DNA from: Escherichia coli
Lineage (GTDB): Bacteria > Pseudomonadota > Gammaproteobacteria > Enterobacterales > Enterobacteriaceae
DNA: 64,000 nucleotides
NCBI RefSeq assembly: GCF_003334355.1
Contig: NZ_QOWP01000019.1
Reading direction: 5' to 3' (one strand)
Shown: positions 51,719 through 62,655 of the stretch, one piece after another
Numbering within the stretch: position 1 is the stretch's first letter
Layout of the letters: every line of letters starts with the position of its first letter
Translations under genes and position numbers: made by a program
The notes under the pieces: model-generated
Told to the model about the DNA's origin: nothing
Databases searched by the model: none
Seen by the model: the letters and a program-made list of their open reading frames with translations, nothing else

Positions 51719-52750
51719 ATGGCGACCATAAAGGATGTAGCCCGACTGGCAGGCGTTTCAGTCGCCACCGTTTCCCGCGTCATTAATAATTCACCCAAAG
51801 CCAGCGAAGCTTCCCGGCTGGCTGTGCATAGTGCAATGGAGTCTCTTAGCTATCACCCGAACGCCAACGCCCGTGCGCTGGCGCAGCAGACCACTGAAAC
51901 GGTCGGTCTGGTCGTTGGTGATGTTTCCGATCCGTTTTTCGGTGCAATGGTGAAAGCGGTCGAACAGGTGGCTTATCACACCGGTAATTTCTTATTGATT
52001 GGCAACGGTTACCACAACGAACAAAAAGAGCGTCAGGCTATTGAGCAACTGATCCGCCATCGCTGTGCTGCGTTGGTCGTCCATGCCAAAATGATCCCGG
52101 ATGCCGATTTAGCCTCATTAATGAAACAAATGCCCGGTATGGTGCTGATCAACCGTATCCTGCCTGGCTTTGAAAACCGTTGTATTGCTCTGGACGATCG
52201 TTACGGTGCCTGGCTGGCAACGCGTCATTTAATTCAGCAAGGTCATACCCGCATTGGTTATCTGTGCTCTAACCACTCTATTTCTGACGCCGAAGATCGT
52301 CTGCAAGGGTATTACGATGCCCTTGCTGAAAGTGGTATTCCGGCCAATGATCGGCTGGTGACATTTGGCGAACCAGACGAAAGCGGCGGCGAACAGGCAA
52401 TGACCGAGCTTTTGGGACGAGGAAGAAATTTCACTGCGGTAGCCTGTTATAACGATTCAATGGCGGCAGGTGCGATGGGCGTTCTCAATGATAATGGTAT
52501 TGATGTACCGGGCGAAATTTCGTTAATTGGCTTTGATGATGTGCTGGTGTCACGCTATGTGCGACCGCGCCTGACCACCGTGCGTTATCCAATCGTGACG
52601 ATGGCGACCCAGGCTGCCGAACTGGCTTTGGCGCTGGCGGATAATCGCCCTCTCCCGGAAATCACTAATGTCTTTAGTCCGACGCTGGTACGTCGCCATT
52701 CAGTGTCAACTCCGTCGCTGGAGGCAAGTCATCATGCAACCAGCGACTAA
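51719..52750 (+). CDS. galR: Galactose repressor GalR (LacI family)
   Basis: 343-aa ORF starting MATIKDVARLAGVSVATVSRV (HTH). Confidence 0.95.
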   Translation: MATIKDVARLAGVSVATVSRVINNSPKASEASRLAVHSAMESLSYHPNANARALAQQTTETVGLVVGDVSDPFFGAMVKAVEQVAYHTGNFLLIGNGYHNEQKERQAIEQLIRHRCAALVVHAKMIPDADLASLMKQMPGMVLINRILPGFENRCIALDDRYGAWLATRHLIQQGHTRIGYLCSNHSISDAEDRLQGYYDALAESGIPANDRLVTFGEPDESGGEQAMTELLGRGRNFTAVACYNDSMAAGAMGVLNDNGIDVPGEISLIGFDDVLVSRYVRPRLTTVRYPIVTMATQAAELALALADNRPLPEITNVFSPTLVRRHSVSTPSLEASHHATSD

Positions 52751-52756
52751 CCGCAG

Positions 52757-54019
52757 TTAAAGCAATTCCAGCGCCAGTAATTCTTCGATGGTCTGGCGAC
52801 GGCGAATCAACCGCGCCTGACCATTATCAAACAGAACTTCTGGTAACAGTGGACGGCTGTTGTAGTTGGATGACATTGATGCGCCATATGCCCCTGTATC
52901 ATGCAGTACCAGATAATCACCCGCCTTCACTTCCGGCAAGGCGCGGGTTTCGACATTTCCCCCTTCCTGCTGGGTAAAGACATCGCCCGATTCACATAAC
53001 GGCCCGGCGACGACGGTTTCCACCGTTGGCGCGTGTTCCAGAGAACGACCATCAGCTGCCAGAGCACTGATATGGTGGTAACTACCGTACATTGCCGGGC
53101 GCATCAGATCGTTGAACCCGGCATCAACAAGCACAAAGTGGCGGCTACCCATTTGTTTGACGCTCCGCACCTGAGTAATTAATACGCCAGACTGCGCTAC
53201 CAGGAAGCGACCCGGTTCAATTTCCAGTTTCACAGGGTGGCCCAAATGGCGGGCAATTTGCTCACGCGCGGCATTCCACAGACCATAATAATGTTCGGTA
53301 TCAACCGCCTCTTCACCCTGTTGATAAGGAACAGAAAGCCCACCGCCTGCAGAAATAGCCTGTAAATCCTGACCGAATTCGAGGACCTGACGCACCATCG
53401 CACCACACACCTGTTCCAGATGGGCATAATCAACGCCAGAACCAATGTGCATGTGAATGCCGACCAGCTGCAGATGATGACGTTGTATCACGTCCAGTGC
53501 GGCGGGCAGATCGGTGTACCAGATACCGTGCTTGCTGTTTTCGCCACCAGTATTGGTTTTTTGGCTATGTCCGTGACCAAACCCCGGGTTAACGCGCAGC
53601 CATACCCGATGCCCTGGCGAAACCTGGCCCAGTTGGTCGAGCATATCAACAGAACCCGCATTCACCGGAATTTGCAATTCACTGACGCGTTCAAGCGTCG
53701 CCTGATCGATAACATCTGCCGTAAAAACAATATCATCGGGGTGCGTTTGCGGATTGTAACCCGCCGCCAACGCACGCTCTATTTCGCCTAACGAGACGGA
53801 ATCCACTTTCACGCCCTGCTCACGCATTAATCGCAAAATATGAATATTGGAACAGGCTTTCTGTGCAAAGCGCACCACATCAAACTGTTTCAGCGCTGCA
53901 ATCTGCCGACGAATAATTTGCGCATCGTAGACCCACACCGGGCAGCCAAATTCTGCGGGCAAACGCAGCAGATTTTCGGCGGTGAGATCCGTATCGGTAC
54001 TGAACAGTGAATGTGGCAT
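52757..54019 (-). CDS. lysA: Diaminopimelate decarboxylase
   Basis: 420-aa product from the ATG at 54019 (MPHSLFSTDTDL); ORF-track start at 54064 is an extension. Confidence 0.93.
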   Translation of the reverse strand: MPHSLFSTDTDLTAENLLRLPAEFGCPVWVYDAQIIRRQIAALKQFDVVRFAQKACSNIHILRLMREQGVKVDSVSLGEIERALAAGYNPQTHPDDIVFTADVIDQATLERVSELQIPVNAGSVDMLDQLGQVSPGHRVWLRVNPGFGHGHSQKTNTGGENSKHGIWYTDLPAALDVIQRHHLQLVGIHMHIGSGVDYAHLEQVCGAMVRQVLEFGQDLQAISAGGGLSVPYQQGEEAVDTEHYYGLWNAAREQIARHLGHPVKLEIEPGRFLVAQSGVLITQVRSVKQMGSRHFVLVDAGFNDLMRPAMYGSYHHISALAADGRSLEHAPTVETVVAGPLCESGDVFTQQEGGNVETRALPEVKAGDYLVLHDTGAYGASMSSNYNSRPLLPEVLFDNGQARLIRRRQTIEELLALELL

Positions 54020-54141
54020 AGCAAACTCCAGATAAGTGCTTTTTTTATGATTACGCCACATCATAAAAAGAATAAAAAATATCGATTTATGTCGAGTCTA
54101 TGCAAAAATGATATGGATTACCGGATTGCGAGAGAGCGCTA

Positions 54142-55077
54142 ATGGCCGCCGTTAACTTACGTCATATTGAAATTTTTCATGCGGTAATGACCGCCGGAAG
54201 CCTGACTGAGGCAGCACACCTGCTACACACCTCACAGCCAACCGTCAGCCGCGAACTGGCGCGCTTTGAGAAGGTGATCGGGCTGAAATTGTTTGAGCGC
54301 GTACGTGGACGATTACATCCTACCGTGCAAGGACTGCGTCTGTTTGAAGAAGTGCAACGATCCTGGTACGGACTGGATCGCATTGTCAGCGCCGCAGAAA
54401 GTCTGCGCGAGTTTCGCCAGGGAGAACTGTCTATTGCCTGCCTGCCGGTCTTTTCGCAATCTTTTTTACCGCAGCTCCTGCAACCCTTTCTGGCACGTTA
54501 TCCCGATGTCAGCTTAAATATCGTGCCCCAGGAATCACCGCTACTTGAAGAGTGGCTCTCGGCCCAGCGTCATGATTTAGGACTCACTGAGACACTCCAT
54601 ACGCCTGCGGGAACAGAACGTACCGAATTACTCTCTTTAGATGAAGTGTGTGTGTTACCTCCGGGTCATCCGCTGGCGGTAAAAAAGGTATTAACGCCGG
54701 ATGATTTTCAGGGTGAGAACTACATCAGCCTTTCCCGTACTGACAGCTATCGCCAGTTGCTGGATCAGCTATTTACTGAACATCAGGTTAAACGACGCAT
54801 GATCGTAGAAACCCACAGCGCCGCGTCAGTCTGCGCAATGGTACGGGCGGGGGTAGGTGTTTCGGTGGTTAACCCGCTCACCGCACTGGATTATGCGGCA
54901 AGCGGTTTAGTGGTGCGGCGGTTCAGTATTGCGGTTCCGTTCACCGTCAGCCTGATCCGCCCTCTGCACCGCCCGTCATCAGCGCTGGTGCAGGCGTTTA
55001 GTGAGCATTTACAAGCTGGGTTACCGAAACTGGTCACTTCTCTTGACGCTATTCTGTCGTCAGCTACGACAGCATAA
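54142..55077 (+). CDS. lysR: LysR activator of lysA
   Basis: 311-aa ORF divergent from lysA. Confidence 0.94.
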
Positions 55078-55756
55078 AAGCGACAGCATCCTCGGCATGG
55101 ATCGCCGCGGTATCAAACACAGGCAGAACACTGCGCTCTTCTGGAACCAATAAACCAATTTCTGTGCAGCCAAAAATGACGCCCTGTGCGCCCTGTTCTG
55201 CCAGGCGAGCAATCACTTGCGCATAATAAGCGCGTGACGCTTCGGTGAATTGCCCCAGACACAGTTCTTCAAAAATAATCTGATTAATCTTCGCCCGTTC
55301 ATCCGCTTCAGGAATAAGACAGTTGATGGAAAATTGTTCCGTCAGCCGCCCGCGATAAAAATCCTGTTCCATGGTGTAACGCGTACCCAGCAGCGCCACA
55401 CGAGTCATTCCTGCCCCGGTAATTGCACGTCCAGTGGCGTCCGCTATGTGTAAGAAAGGCAGAGAGCAACGAGACTCAATGGCATCCGCCACTTTATGCA
55501 TCGTATTGGTACATAACACAATGCCTTCTGCGCCCGCCCGCTGTAAGCCAAGCGCCGCCTCAGCCAGAATATCCCCGGTTTTGTCCCACTCGCCGCGACG
55601 CTGGCACTCTTCTATTTCATGAAAATCGACGCTATGTAGCAGCACTTGCGCAGAGTGAAGCCCACCAAGCCGCTGTTTAATGCCTTCATTTATCAGACGA
55701 TAGTAAGGAATAGTGGATTCCCAGCTCATTCCTCCCAGCAAACCAATTGTTTTCAT
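55064..55756 (-). CDS. ygeA: Asp/Glu racemase-family protein YgeA
   Basis: 230-aa product from the ATG at 55756 ([15 protein letters not shown]); the 355-aa ORF-track call is an extension; 3' end overlaps lysR by 14 nt. Confidence 0.88.
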
Positions 55757-55884
55757 TCCTCTCTCCTGATGTGTGTTACCGCAACAAGGCTGAATAAGGA
55801 ACGAGACAAACGCCTCAACGGCCAGGTGCCCAATCTCTATTAACGAAAAAAGGGCCGGATGTACAGCACATCCAGCCCGTGAAA

Positions 55885-57303
55885 TCAGACGCCGATATTT
55901 CTCAACTTCTCGCCTGCCATCAGTTTGCGTTCGATATGTTCCAGGGTGACATTTTTGGTTTCCGGAATGAGCCAGAAAGTGATGCCCACAAACGCAATGT
56001 TCAGCGCAGTGTAGAGCCAGAACGTACCGGCAGCGCCAATGCTGTCGAGCAGCGTCAGGAAGGTCGCGCCGATAATCATATTCGACACCCAGTTCGTGGT
56101 GGTCGAACAGGTAATACCGAAATCGCGGCATTTCAGCGGCTGAATTTCAGAGCACAGGATCCACACCACTGGCGCGGCGCTCATCGCATAACCGGCAATA
56201 CACATCATCGTCATGCCAACAGAGAGCCAGGACAAGCCACTGGAAGCCGTACCGTTATCAAACTGCATCAGGCAATAGCCCAGCACCAGAGTGCCTAACG
56301 CCATCACGCTGAAACCAATTTTCAGAGCCGGTTTACGACCTGCTTTATCTACCGTAAAGACCGCAATGAAGGTCGCGAACATAAAGGTCAGTCCCACGAC
56401 CAGAGTCGCAATCATCTGTTGTTCTGTGGTCGTAAAGCCCGCCATTTTGAAGATACGCGGCGCGTAGTACATGATGATGTTCATACCGGTAAACTGCTGC
56501 ATCGCCTGCAACAACATACCGAGAAACACAGCACGACGGACGTTACGGTTGATCTTAAACAGTGCCCAACCGCCCTGTTTTAACTTCAGGCTTTCACGAA
56601 TTTCGTTGAGTTCTTCTCGCGCTTTTTCCGACGTATCGCGCAGCATACGCAACACTTCTTCCGCCTCAATATGACGCCCCTTTTCCGCCAGCCAGCGCGG
56701 GCTATTTGGCAGGAAGACCACCAGAATAATCAGCAGGACTGCTGGTAAAGCAAGAACCCCCAACATTGCGCGCCAGTTACCGCTATAACTGAACGCTGTA
56801 TCGGATAAAAACGCCAGCACGATGCCGAGTGTGACCATCAACTGGTACATACTGATCATCTTACCGCGAACGTTTTCACTTGCCATTTCAGAAAGATACA
56901 GAGGAGCGGTGTAAGACGCGATCCCGACAGCAATGCCCAGCACCACACGAGCGGCGATTAACATCTCTACGCTGGTCGCAAAAGCGGACCCTATAGAACC
57001 GAGTACAAACAGGATGGCCCCCGCCATCAGGCTGTATTTACGCCCCAGGCGGAACGACAGCCAACCATTAAACAGCGCACCAATTGCTGCGCCGAGCATC
57101 ATGCTACTAACCACCCATTCCTGCAAACGACTGGTCAGCACAAAGTGATCGGTAATGAACGGCAACGCTCCGGCGATTACGCCGATATCAAGACCAAATA
57201 ACAATCCTGCGACCGCAGCAGCTACCGAAACAAACATATTCATACGCCGCGTATCCCGCAAAGAACGTGGCGTTAAAGCAGATTCCGTATTGATAGTAAC
57301 CAT
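55885..57303 (-). CDS. araE: Arabinose:H+ symporter AraE (MFS)
   Basis: 472-aa product from the ATG at 57303 ([15 protein letters not shown]); ORF-track start at 57432 is an extension. Confidence 0.94.
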
Positions 57304-57519
57304 TTTTTCCTGCCAGCAGAGAGTAAGACATAGTGAAAAAATACGTGAACAACTCACACAGGTGTCAGGTCGGAAACAGCATAAATATGGATTAAATTGC
57401 TGCGACATGTCGTTATGTGATGGATATTCCAATTTTCAAATTAAGTTGAATTATTGAGATTATTATTAACCACCTAATTTTACAGCAGATAAAATTCATA
57501 AAGTTCATTAATTGATAAT

Positions 57520-57555
57520 TGATATGGATTATTTCATAACCATGATATGGATTAT
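57520..57555. promoter_or_regulatory. Two 13-bp direct repeats tgatatggattat upstream of araE, candidate AraC half-sites
   Basis: Exact repeats at 57520-57532 and 57543-57555; each carries TCCATA on the araE strand. Confidence 0.5.
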
Positions 57556-57571
57556 GATGATCTACAGGTAT

Positions 57572-57596
57572 AAAAAACCCTGCCATGCGGCAGGGT
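57572..57596 (-). terminator. Rho-independent terminator downstream of kduD
   Basis: On the minus strand ccctgcc-gcat-ggcaggg hairpin followed by tttttta. Confidence 0.75.
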
Positions 57597-57617
57597 CATA
57601 AAAGTAAGAGAAATGAA

Positions 57618-58379
57618 TTAACGAGCCAGCCAACCGCCATCCACGGCAATGGTATAACCATTCACATAATCTGAAGCGCTGGAGGCAAGGAACACTACCG
57701 GCCCCATCAGGTCACTCGGCAGTCCCCAACGGCCAGCTGGAATGCGGTCGAGAATTTCCGCGCTACGTTGTTCATCTGCCCGTAGTTGTTGAGTATTGTT
57801 GGTCGCCATGTAACCCGGAGCTATCGCATTAACATTAATGTTGTGTTTAGCCCATTCGTTCGCCATCAATCGCGTCACGCCCATCACACCGCTTTTTGAT
57901 GCGGTATAAGAAGGCACACGGATCCCGCCCTGGAAGGAGAGCATTGACGCGATATTGATAATCTTGCCGCCATTGCCTTGCGCGATAAAGTGTTTCGCCG
58001 CTGCCTGAGACATGAAGAATACGCTCTTGATATTCAGGTTCATGACATCGTCCCAGTCTTTTTCGCTGAACTCGAGAGCATCTTCGCGGCGAATCAATCC
58101 GGCGTTATTCACCAGGATATCAATATGACCAAACTCCGCTACCGCGCGATCCAGCAGTGCTGGAATGCCATCAATCTTTCGCAGATCGGCGGTCAGGCTT
58201 AAAAAACGACGCCCCAGCGCCGTGACCTGCTTGATGGTTTCAGTCGGTTCAACGATGTTAATGCCAACAATGTCACAGCCCGCTTGCGCCAGCCCCAACG
58301 CCATCCCCTGGCCCAGCCCAGTATCACAACCAGTGACGACCGCAACTTTACCTTCGAGAGAAAATGCACTTAAAATCAT
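57618..58379 (-). CDS. kduD: 2-dehydro-3-deoxy-D-gluconate 5-dehydrogenase (SDR)
   Basis: 253-aa ORF recognised as KduD. Confidence 0.95.
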   Translation of the reverse strand: MILSAFSLEGKVAVVTGCDTGLGQGMALGLAQAGCDIVGINIVEPTETIKQVTALGRRFLSLTADLRKIDGIPALLDRAVAEFGHIDILVNNAGLIRREDALEFSEKDWDDVMNLNIKSVFFMSQAAAKHFIAQGNGGKIINIASMLSFQGGIRVPSYTASKSGVMGVTRLMANEWAKHNINVNAIAPGYMATNNTQQLRADEQRSAEILDRIPAGRWGLPSDLMGPVVFLASSASDYVNGYTIAVDGGWLAR

Positions 58380-58408
58380 AACAATACCTTATTCGTTTAT
58401 GCCCACAA

Positions 58409-59245
58409 CTAGCGCAAATCTTTAACGGCCACATGGTCCATATCATCAAAGACCTGGTTTTCACCGACCATGCCCCAGATAAAGGTATAAGCTTTGGTTC
58501 CGACGCCGGAATGAATCGACCAGCTCGGGGAGATCACCGCCTGCTCGTTATGCATCACAATATGACGCGTTTCTTGCGGCTGCCCCATCATGTGGAAAAC
58601 GCAGGCGTCATCATCCATATTGAAATAGAAATAAACTTCCATCCGGCGCTCGTGGGTGTGACACGGCATGGTGTTCCACAAGTTACCCGGAGCCAGCTCC
58701 GTCAGCCCCATACTCAATTGGCAGGTTTCCAGTACATCCGGGACAAAATATTTGTTAATCGTGCGACGGTTACTGGTGAGGTTATCGCCTAACGTGACTG
58801 GAGATACTTCGTCCGGTGTGACTTTTTTGGTGGGATACGTCGTATGCGCGGGTGCGCAATTGTAATAAAACTTCGCCGGAGTGCCGGTATCAATACTGGC
58901 AAAGACAACTTCTTTTGCACCTTTACCAACATACAGGGCGTCGCGGTGACCGATTTCATAGCATTGGCCATCGACAGTAATCGTACCGGCACCGCCAATA
59001 TTGATAACACCTAACTCGCGACGTTCAAGGAAATAGCTTACGCCGAGTTGTTTACCAACTTCCCCGCCAACGGAAACCGTTTTAGTTATCGGCATAATGC
59101 CGCCAACAATAATTCGGTCAATGTGGCTGTAAACCATGGTGTACTCATCGGCGACAAATACCTTTTCAACCAAAAATTCATTGCGCAGCCCTTGGGTATC
59201 CAGCGTTTTTGCGTGCGCACTGTGGATGCTCTGTCTTACGTCCAC
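58409..59245 (-). CDS. kduI: 5-keto-4-deoxyuronate isomerase
   Basis: 278-aa ORF recognised as KduI. Confidence 0.95.
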
Positions 59246-59290
59246 ATCAACCTCCGATAATCAGTGAAGCGTGAAAATAGAAAACGATAG

Positions 59291-59305
59291 TGAAACACTG
59301 TTTCG
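59291..59305. promoter_or_regulatory. KdgR-like operator half-palindrome upstream of kduI
   Basis: tgaaacactgtttcg (GAAACA/TGTTTC inverted motif). Confidence 0.5.
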
Positions 59306-59355
59306 TTTTCTCTATAAAGGGATGATATGCCCATGGGCTAGGGTTTTCAATTAAA

Positions 59356-59378
59356 AATAAAACAATGTTTCATTTTTA
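59356..59378. promoter_or_regulatory. KdgR operator (AATAAAACAATGTTTCATT-type palindrome)
   Basis: aaataaaacaatgtttcattttt, near-perfect palindrome fitting the KdgR box of pectin-catabolism regulons. Confidence 0.6.
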
Positions 59379-59531
59379 AGTTAAGGATTAAAAAAAGTGC
59401 AGTGTCGATCACGAATATGTCATGAGAATGGAAAAATGAGGGAGCCCAGAAAATGTATGTCGACTTGCCAGCCATCATTATTCAACAGATTAATGACGGC
59501 AGATATTTATCGGTAAGGAGGAAATGCAGAG

Positions 59532-60713
59532 CTATTCGTCACGTTCAATGGTCAATGCCACACCCTGGCCCCCGCCGATACAAAGCGTTGCCAGTCCTTT
59601 GCGGGCATTACGTTTCACCATTTCATGAACCAGAGAAACCAGGATTCGGCAACCGGAAGCGCCTATCGGGTGACCAAGTGCGATCGCACCACCATTGACA
59701 TTGACCCGACGCTCATCCCACTCAAGCATCTTGCCAACCGAAAGCGCCTGTGCAGCAAACGCTTCATTAGCCTCGATAAGATCGACATCAGCCAACTGCC
59801 AGCCTACACGCTCCAGGCAACGGCGGGTCGCATACACCGGCGCAATTCCCATCAATGCCGGATCTACACCAACGCTGGCAAATGCGCGAATGCGGGCCAG
59901 CACGGGTAAATTCAACGCTCGTGCTTTGGCTTCGCTCATCATCATTACCGCAGCTGCGCCATCGTTTATGGATGATGCATTACCCGCTGTCACAGAACCG
60001 AGACTATCAAATGAAGGATTTAAACGGGCTAAACCTTCTGCACTGGCGTCAGTGCGTGGCTGTTCATCGGTATCAACAACCAACGTCTGACCGTTACTTT
60101 GGGTCATTACCGGGACGATCTCATCTTTAAATCGTCCGGCGTCAATCGCCGCTCGCGCTTTTTGTTGCGAGCTAAGTGCGTAAGCATCCTGCAATTGACG
60201 GCTGATGCCATATTCGCGAGCCAGATTTTCGGCGGTGACACCAATATGATAATCATTGAAGGCATCCCATAACCCATCATGCACAAGACTGTCAACCAGC
60301 TGGCTATTGCCAAGCTGTGCACCGGTGCGGCTATCAGTCAGAACATGTGGTGCGCGGCTCATGTTTTCCTGGCCACCGGCGATGACAATATCAGCCTCGC
60401 CACACTGTATCGCCTGAGTAGCCAGATGCAGTGCTTTAAGTCCGGAACCGCAGACGTCATTAATCGTGATTGCAGAAACGCTATTAGGCAGACCACCTTT
60501 AATAGCCGATTGCCTTGCCGGATTCTGCCCTGCCCCTGCAGTCAACACCTGACCAAGAATTACTTCATCCACCGCATATGCAGGAACGCCGGTACGTTCT
60601 ATTAACGCTTTCACGACCAGACTACCAAGTTCCACGGCGGAATGACCCGCTAACGCACCGCGAAAGCAGCCGATAGGTGTCCGTAACGCCCCGACAATCA
60701 CAACGTCTTTCAT
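59532..60713 (-). CDS. yqeF: Acetyl-CoA C-acetyltransferase (thiolase II family) YqeF
   Basis: 393-aa thiolase ORF from the ATG at 60713; an in-frame GTG lies one codon upstream. Confidence 0.92.
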   Translation of the reverse strand: MKDVVIVGALRTPIGCFRGALAGHSAVELGSLVVKALIERTGVPAYAVDEVILGQVLTAGAGQNPARQSAIKGGLPNSVSAITINDVCGSGLKALHLATQAIQCGEADIVIAGGQENMSRAPHVLTDSRTGAQLGNSQLVDSLVHDGLWDAFNDYHIGVTAENLAREYGISRQLQDAYALSSQQKARAAIDAGRFKDEIVPVMTQSNGQTLVVDTDEQPRTDASAEGLARLNPSFDSLGSVTAGNASSINDGAAAVMMMSEAKARALNLPVLARIRAFASVGVDPALMGIAPVYATRRCLERVGWQLADVDLIEANEAFAAQALSVGKMLEWDERRVNVNGGAIALGHPIGASGCRILVSLVHEMVKRNARKGLATLCIGGGQGVALTIERDE

Positions 60714-60785
60714 CACAACCTCGCACCAATTAACAGTGCAATAGTAAATGATTGTTAATTACAGTTATCTTAATTGTTTAAAAAA

Positions 60786-60801
60786 AGTGATTTTTATCAC
60801 A
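60786..60801. promoter_or_regulatory. CRP-like site aGTGA-N6-TCACA upstream of yqeF
   Basis: agtgatttttatcaca, centred about 80 bp upstream of the yqeF start codon. Confidence 0.4.
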
Positions 60802-60966
60802 AAGGAAATATGCCTGAGCAGTAGTCAGAGTCATAACTGGCACGTAAGGTTTGCAACCACTAACCCACCAATAGAGGGGTAGATAGGCGTTAATCTCCCA
60901 TACTTAACCTGGTTTATGGTAAATTGCCCTCCATTTTGTTTAATTTGTAGATGATACGTTCAGATA

Positions 60967-62196
60967 ATGTCTAATATTTGGTCTAAAGAAGAAACTCTGT
61001 GGAGTTTCGCGCTCTACGGCACAGCCGTTGGTGCAGGCACGCTCTTCCTTCCTATTCAGTTAGGTTCGGCAGGGGCTGTGGTCCTGTTTATTACTGCTCT
61101 GGTCGCCTGGCCTTTAACATATTGGCCACATAAAGCCTTATGCCAGTTCATCCTCTCATCGAAAACATCAGCAGGTGAAGGGATAACGGGCGCAGTAACA
61201 CACTACTATGGCAAGAAGATTGGTAATCTGATTACCACGCTGTACTTCATCGCCTTTTTTGTCGTCGTGTTGATATATGCAGTGGCAATTACCAACTCAC
61301 TTACGGAACAGCTGGCAAAGCATATGGTTATTGATCTTCGCATCCGTATGTTGGTGAGTCTGGGTGTTGTATTAATCCTGAATCTCATTTTTCTGATGGG
61401 ACGCCATGCAACCATTCGGGTAATGGGTTTTTTGGTATTCCCATTGATTGCCTATTTCTTATTTCTTTCCATTTACCTTGTCGGTAGTTGGCAACCTGAT
61501 CTATTAACGACCCAGGTAGAGTTCAATCAGAATACCCTTCACCAGATATGGATATCGATTCCCGTGATGGTTTTCGCCTTTAGCCATACGCCCATTATTT
61601 CTACGTTTGCCATAGACAGACGTGAAAAATATGGCGAACACGCTATGGATAAATGCAAAAAAATTATGAAAGTCGCTTATCTCATCATCTGCATAAGTGT
61701 ACTGTTCTTTGTCTTTAGCTGCCTGCTTTCTATTCCACCTTCGTATATTGAAGCGGCTAAAGAAGAAGGGGTCACCATTTTATCGGCGCTTTCTATGCTG
61801 CCGAACGCCCCAGCATGGCTGTCAATTTCCGGGATTATTGTCGCAGTAGTTGCGATGTCGAAATCATTCCTGGGTACGTACTTTGGCGTTATTGAAGGTG
61901 CCACGGAGGTCGTCAAAACAACACTACAGCAGGTTGGTGTAAAGAAAAGTCGTGCATTTAACCGCGCACTATCAATTATGTTGGTATCGCTGATCACCTT
62001 CATTGTTTGTTGCATTAACCCGAACGCGATTTCGATGATTTACGCGATCAGCGGCCCGCTCATTGCCATGATACTTTTCATCATGCCTACGTTGTCAACG
62101 TATCTGATCCCGGCGCTTAAACCCTGGCGTTCCATCGGAAATCTGATTACGCTGATCGTGGGTATCCTGTGCGTATCGGTAATGTTCTTTAGCTGA
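60967..62196 (+). CDS. yqeG: HAAAP-family transporter YqeG (paralog of SdaC)
   Basis: 409-aa polytopic ORF sharing conserved blocks with SdaC (IPVMVFAFSHTPIISTFA, LFFVFSC). Confidence 0.9.
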   Translation: MSNIWSKEETLWSFALYGTAVGAGTLFLPIQLGSAGAVVLFITALVAWPLTYWPHKALCQFILSSKTSAGEGITGAVTHYYGKKIGNLITTLYFIAFFVVVLIYAVAITNSLTEQLAKHMVIDLRIRMLVSLGVVLILNLIFLMGRHATIRVMGFLVFPLIAYFLFLSIYLVGSWQPDLLTTQVEFNQNTLHQIWISIPVMVFAFSHTPIISTFAIDRREKYGEHAMDKCKKIMKVAYLIICISVLFFVFSCLLSIPPSYIEAAKEEGVTILSALSMLPNAPAWLSISGIIVAVVAMSKSFLGTYFGVIEGATEVVKTTLQQVGVKKSRAFNRALSIMLVSLITFIVCCINPNAISMIYAISGPLIAMILFIMPTLSTYLIPALKPWRSIGNLITLIVGILCVSVMFFS

Positions 62197-62206
62197 TATC
62201 CATTGT

Positions 62207-62250
62207 GAATGGTTCAAAATTGCTACAATTTTGAACCATTCCAGTTTTCA
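62207..62250 (+). terminator. 16-bp perfect inverted repeat plus T-run after yqeG
   Basis: gaatggttcaaaattg-cta-caattttgaaccattc followed by cagttttca. Confidence 0.7.
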
Positions 62251-62655
62251 TAATGTTCATTCGTTATTATTCCGCACTATCACTTCCCTCATCATATCCT
62301 AGTATTATCAGTTAGTTAAACACACAAAGAGATCTGAACATCTTATATAAGACTATTTAAGATGCATAACTTAGATTCGCAAGATATCTTCTGGTCATTC
62401 AAAAACAATTTGCGATATAGATATTCTCATACCATGAGATAGTTATCTGAACCACCCTCAACCAGGTAAGATTAAATCAGTGAAACATAATCATATTTAA
62501 TAACGAGAAATGCATTTTAAAATGTCTTAATCAGAATTATAGCAAATACAGATTAATCGCAATTTTTCCCAGCAAAATTACAAAATCATGGTGTATTGAC
62601 ATCATCAATCACCAATGAAATTATGCAATTATATACGGATAGGGAGGTTCTTAAC

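Noticed and set aside
55064-56131. 355-aa ORF-track call for ygeA
   Set aside because: Upstream extension into the araE 3' region; the real 230-aa product starts at the ATG at 55756.
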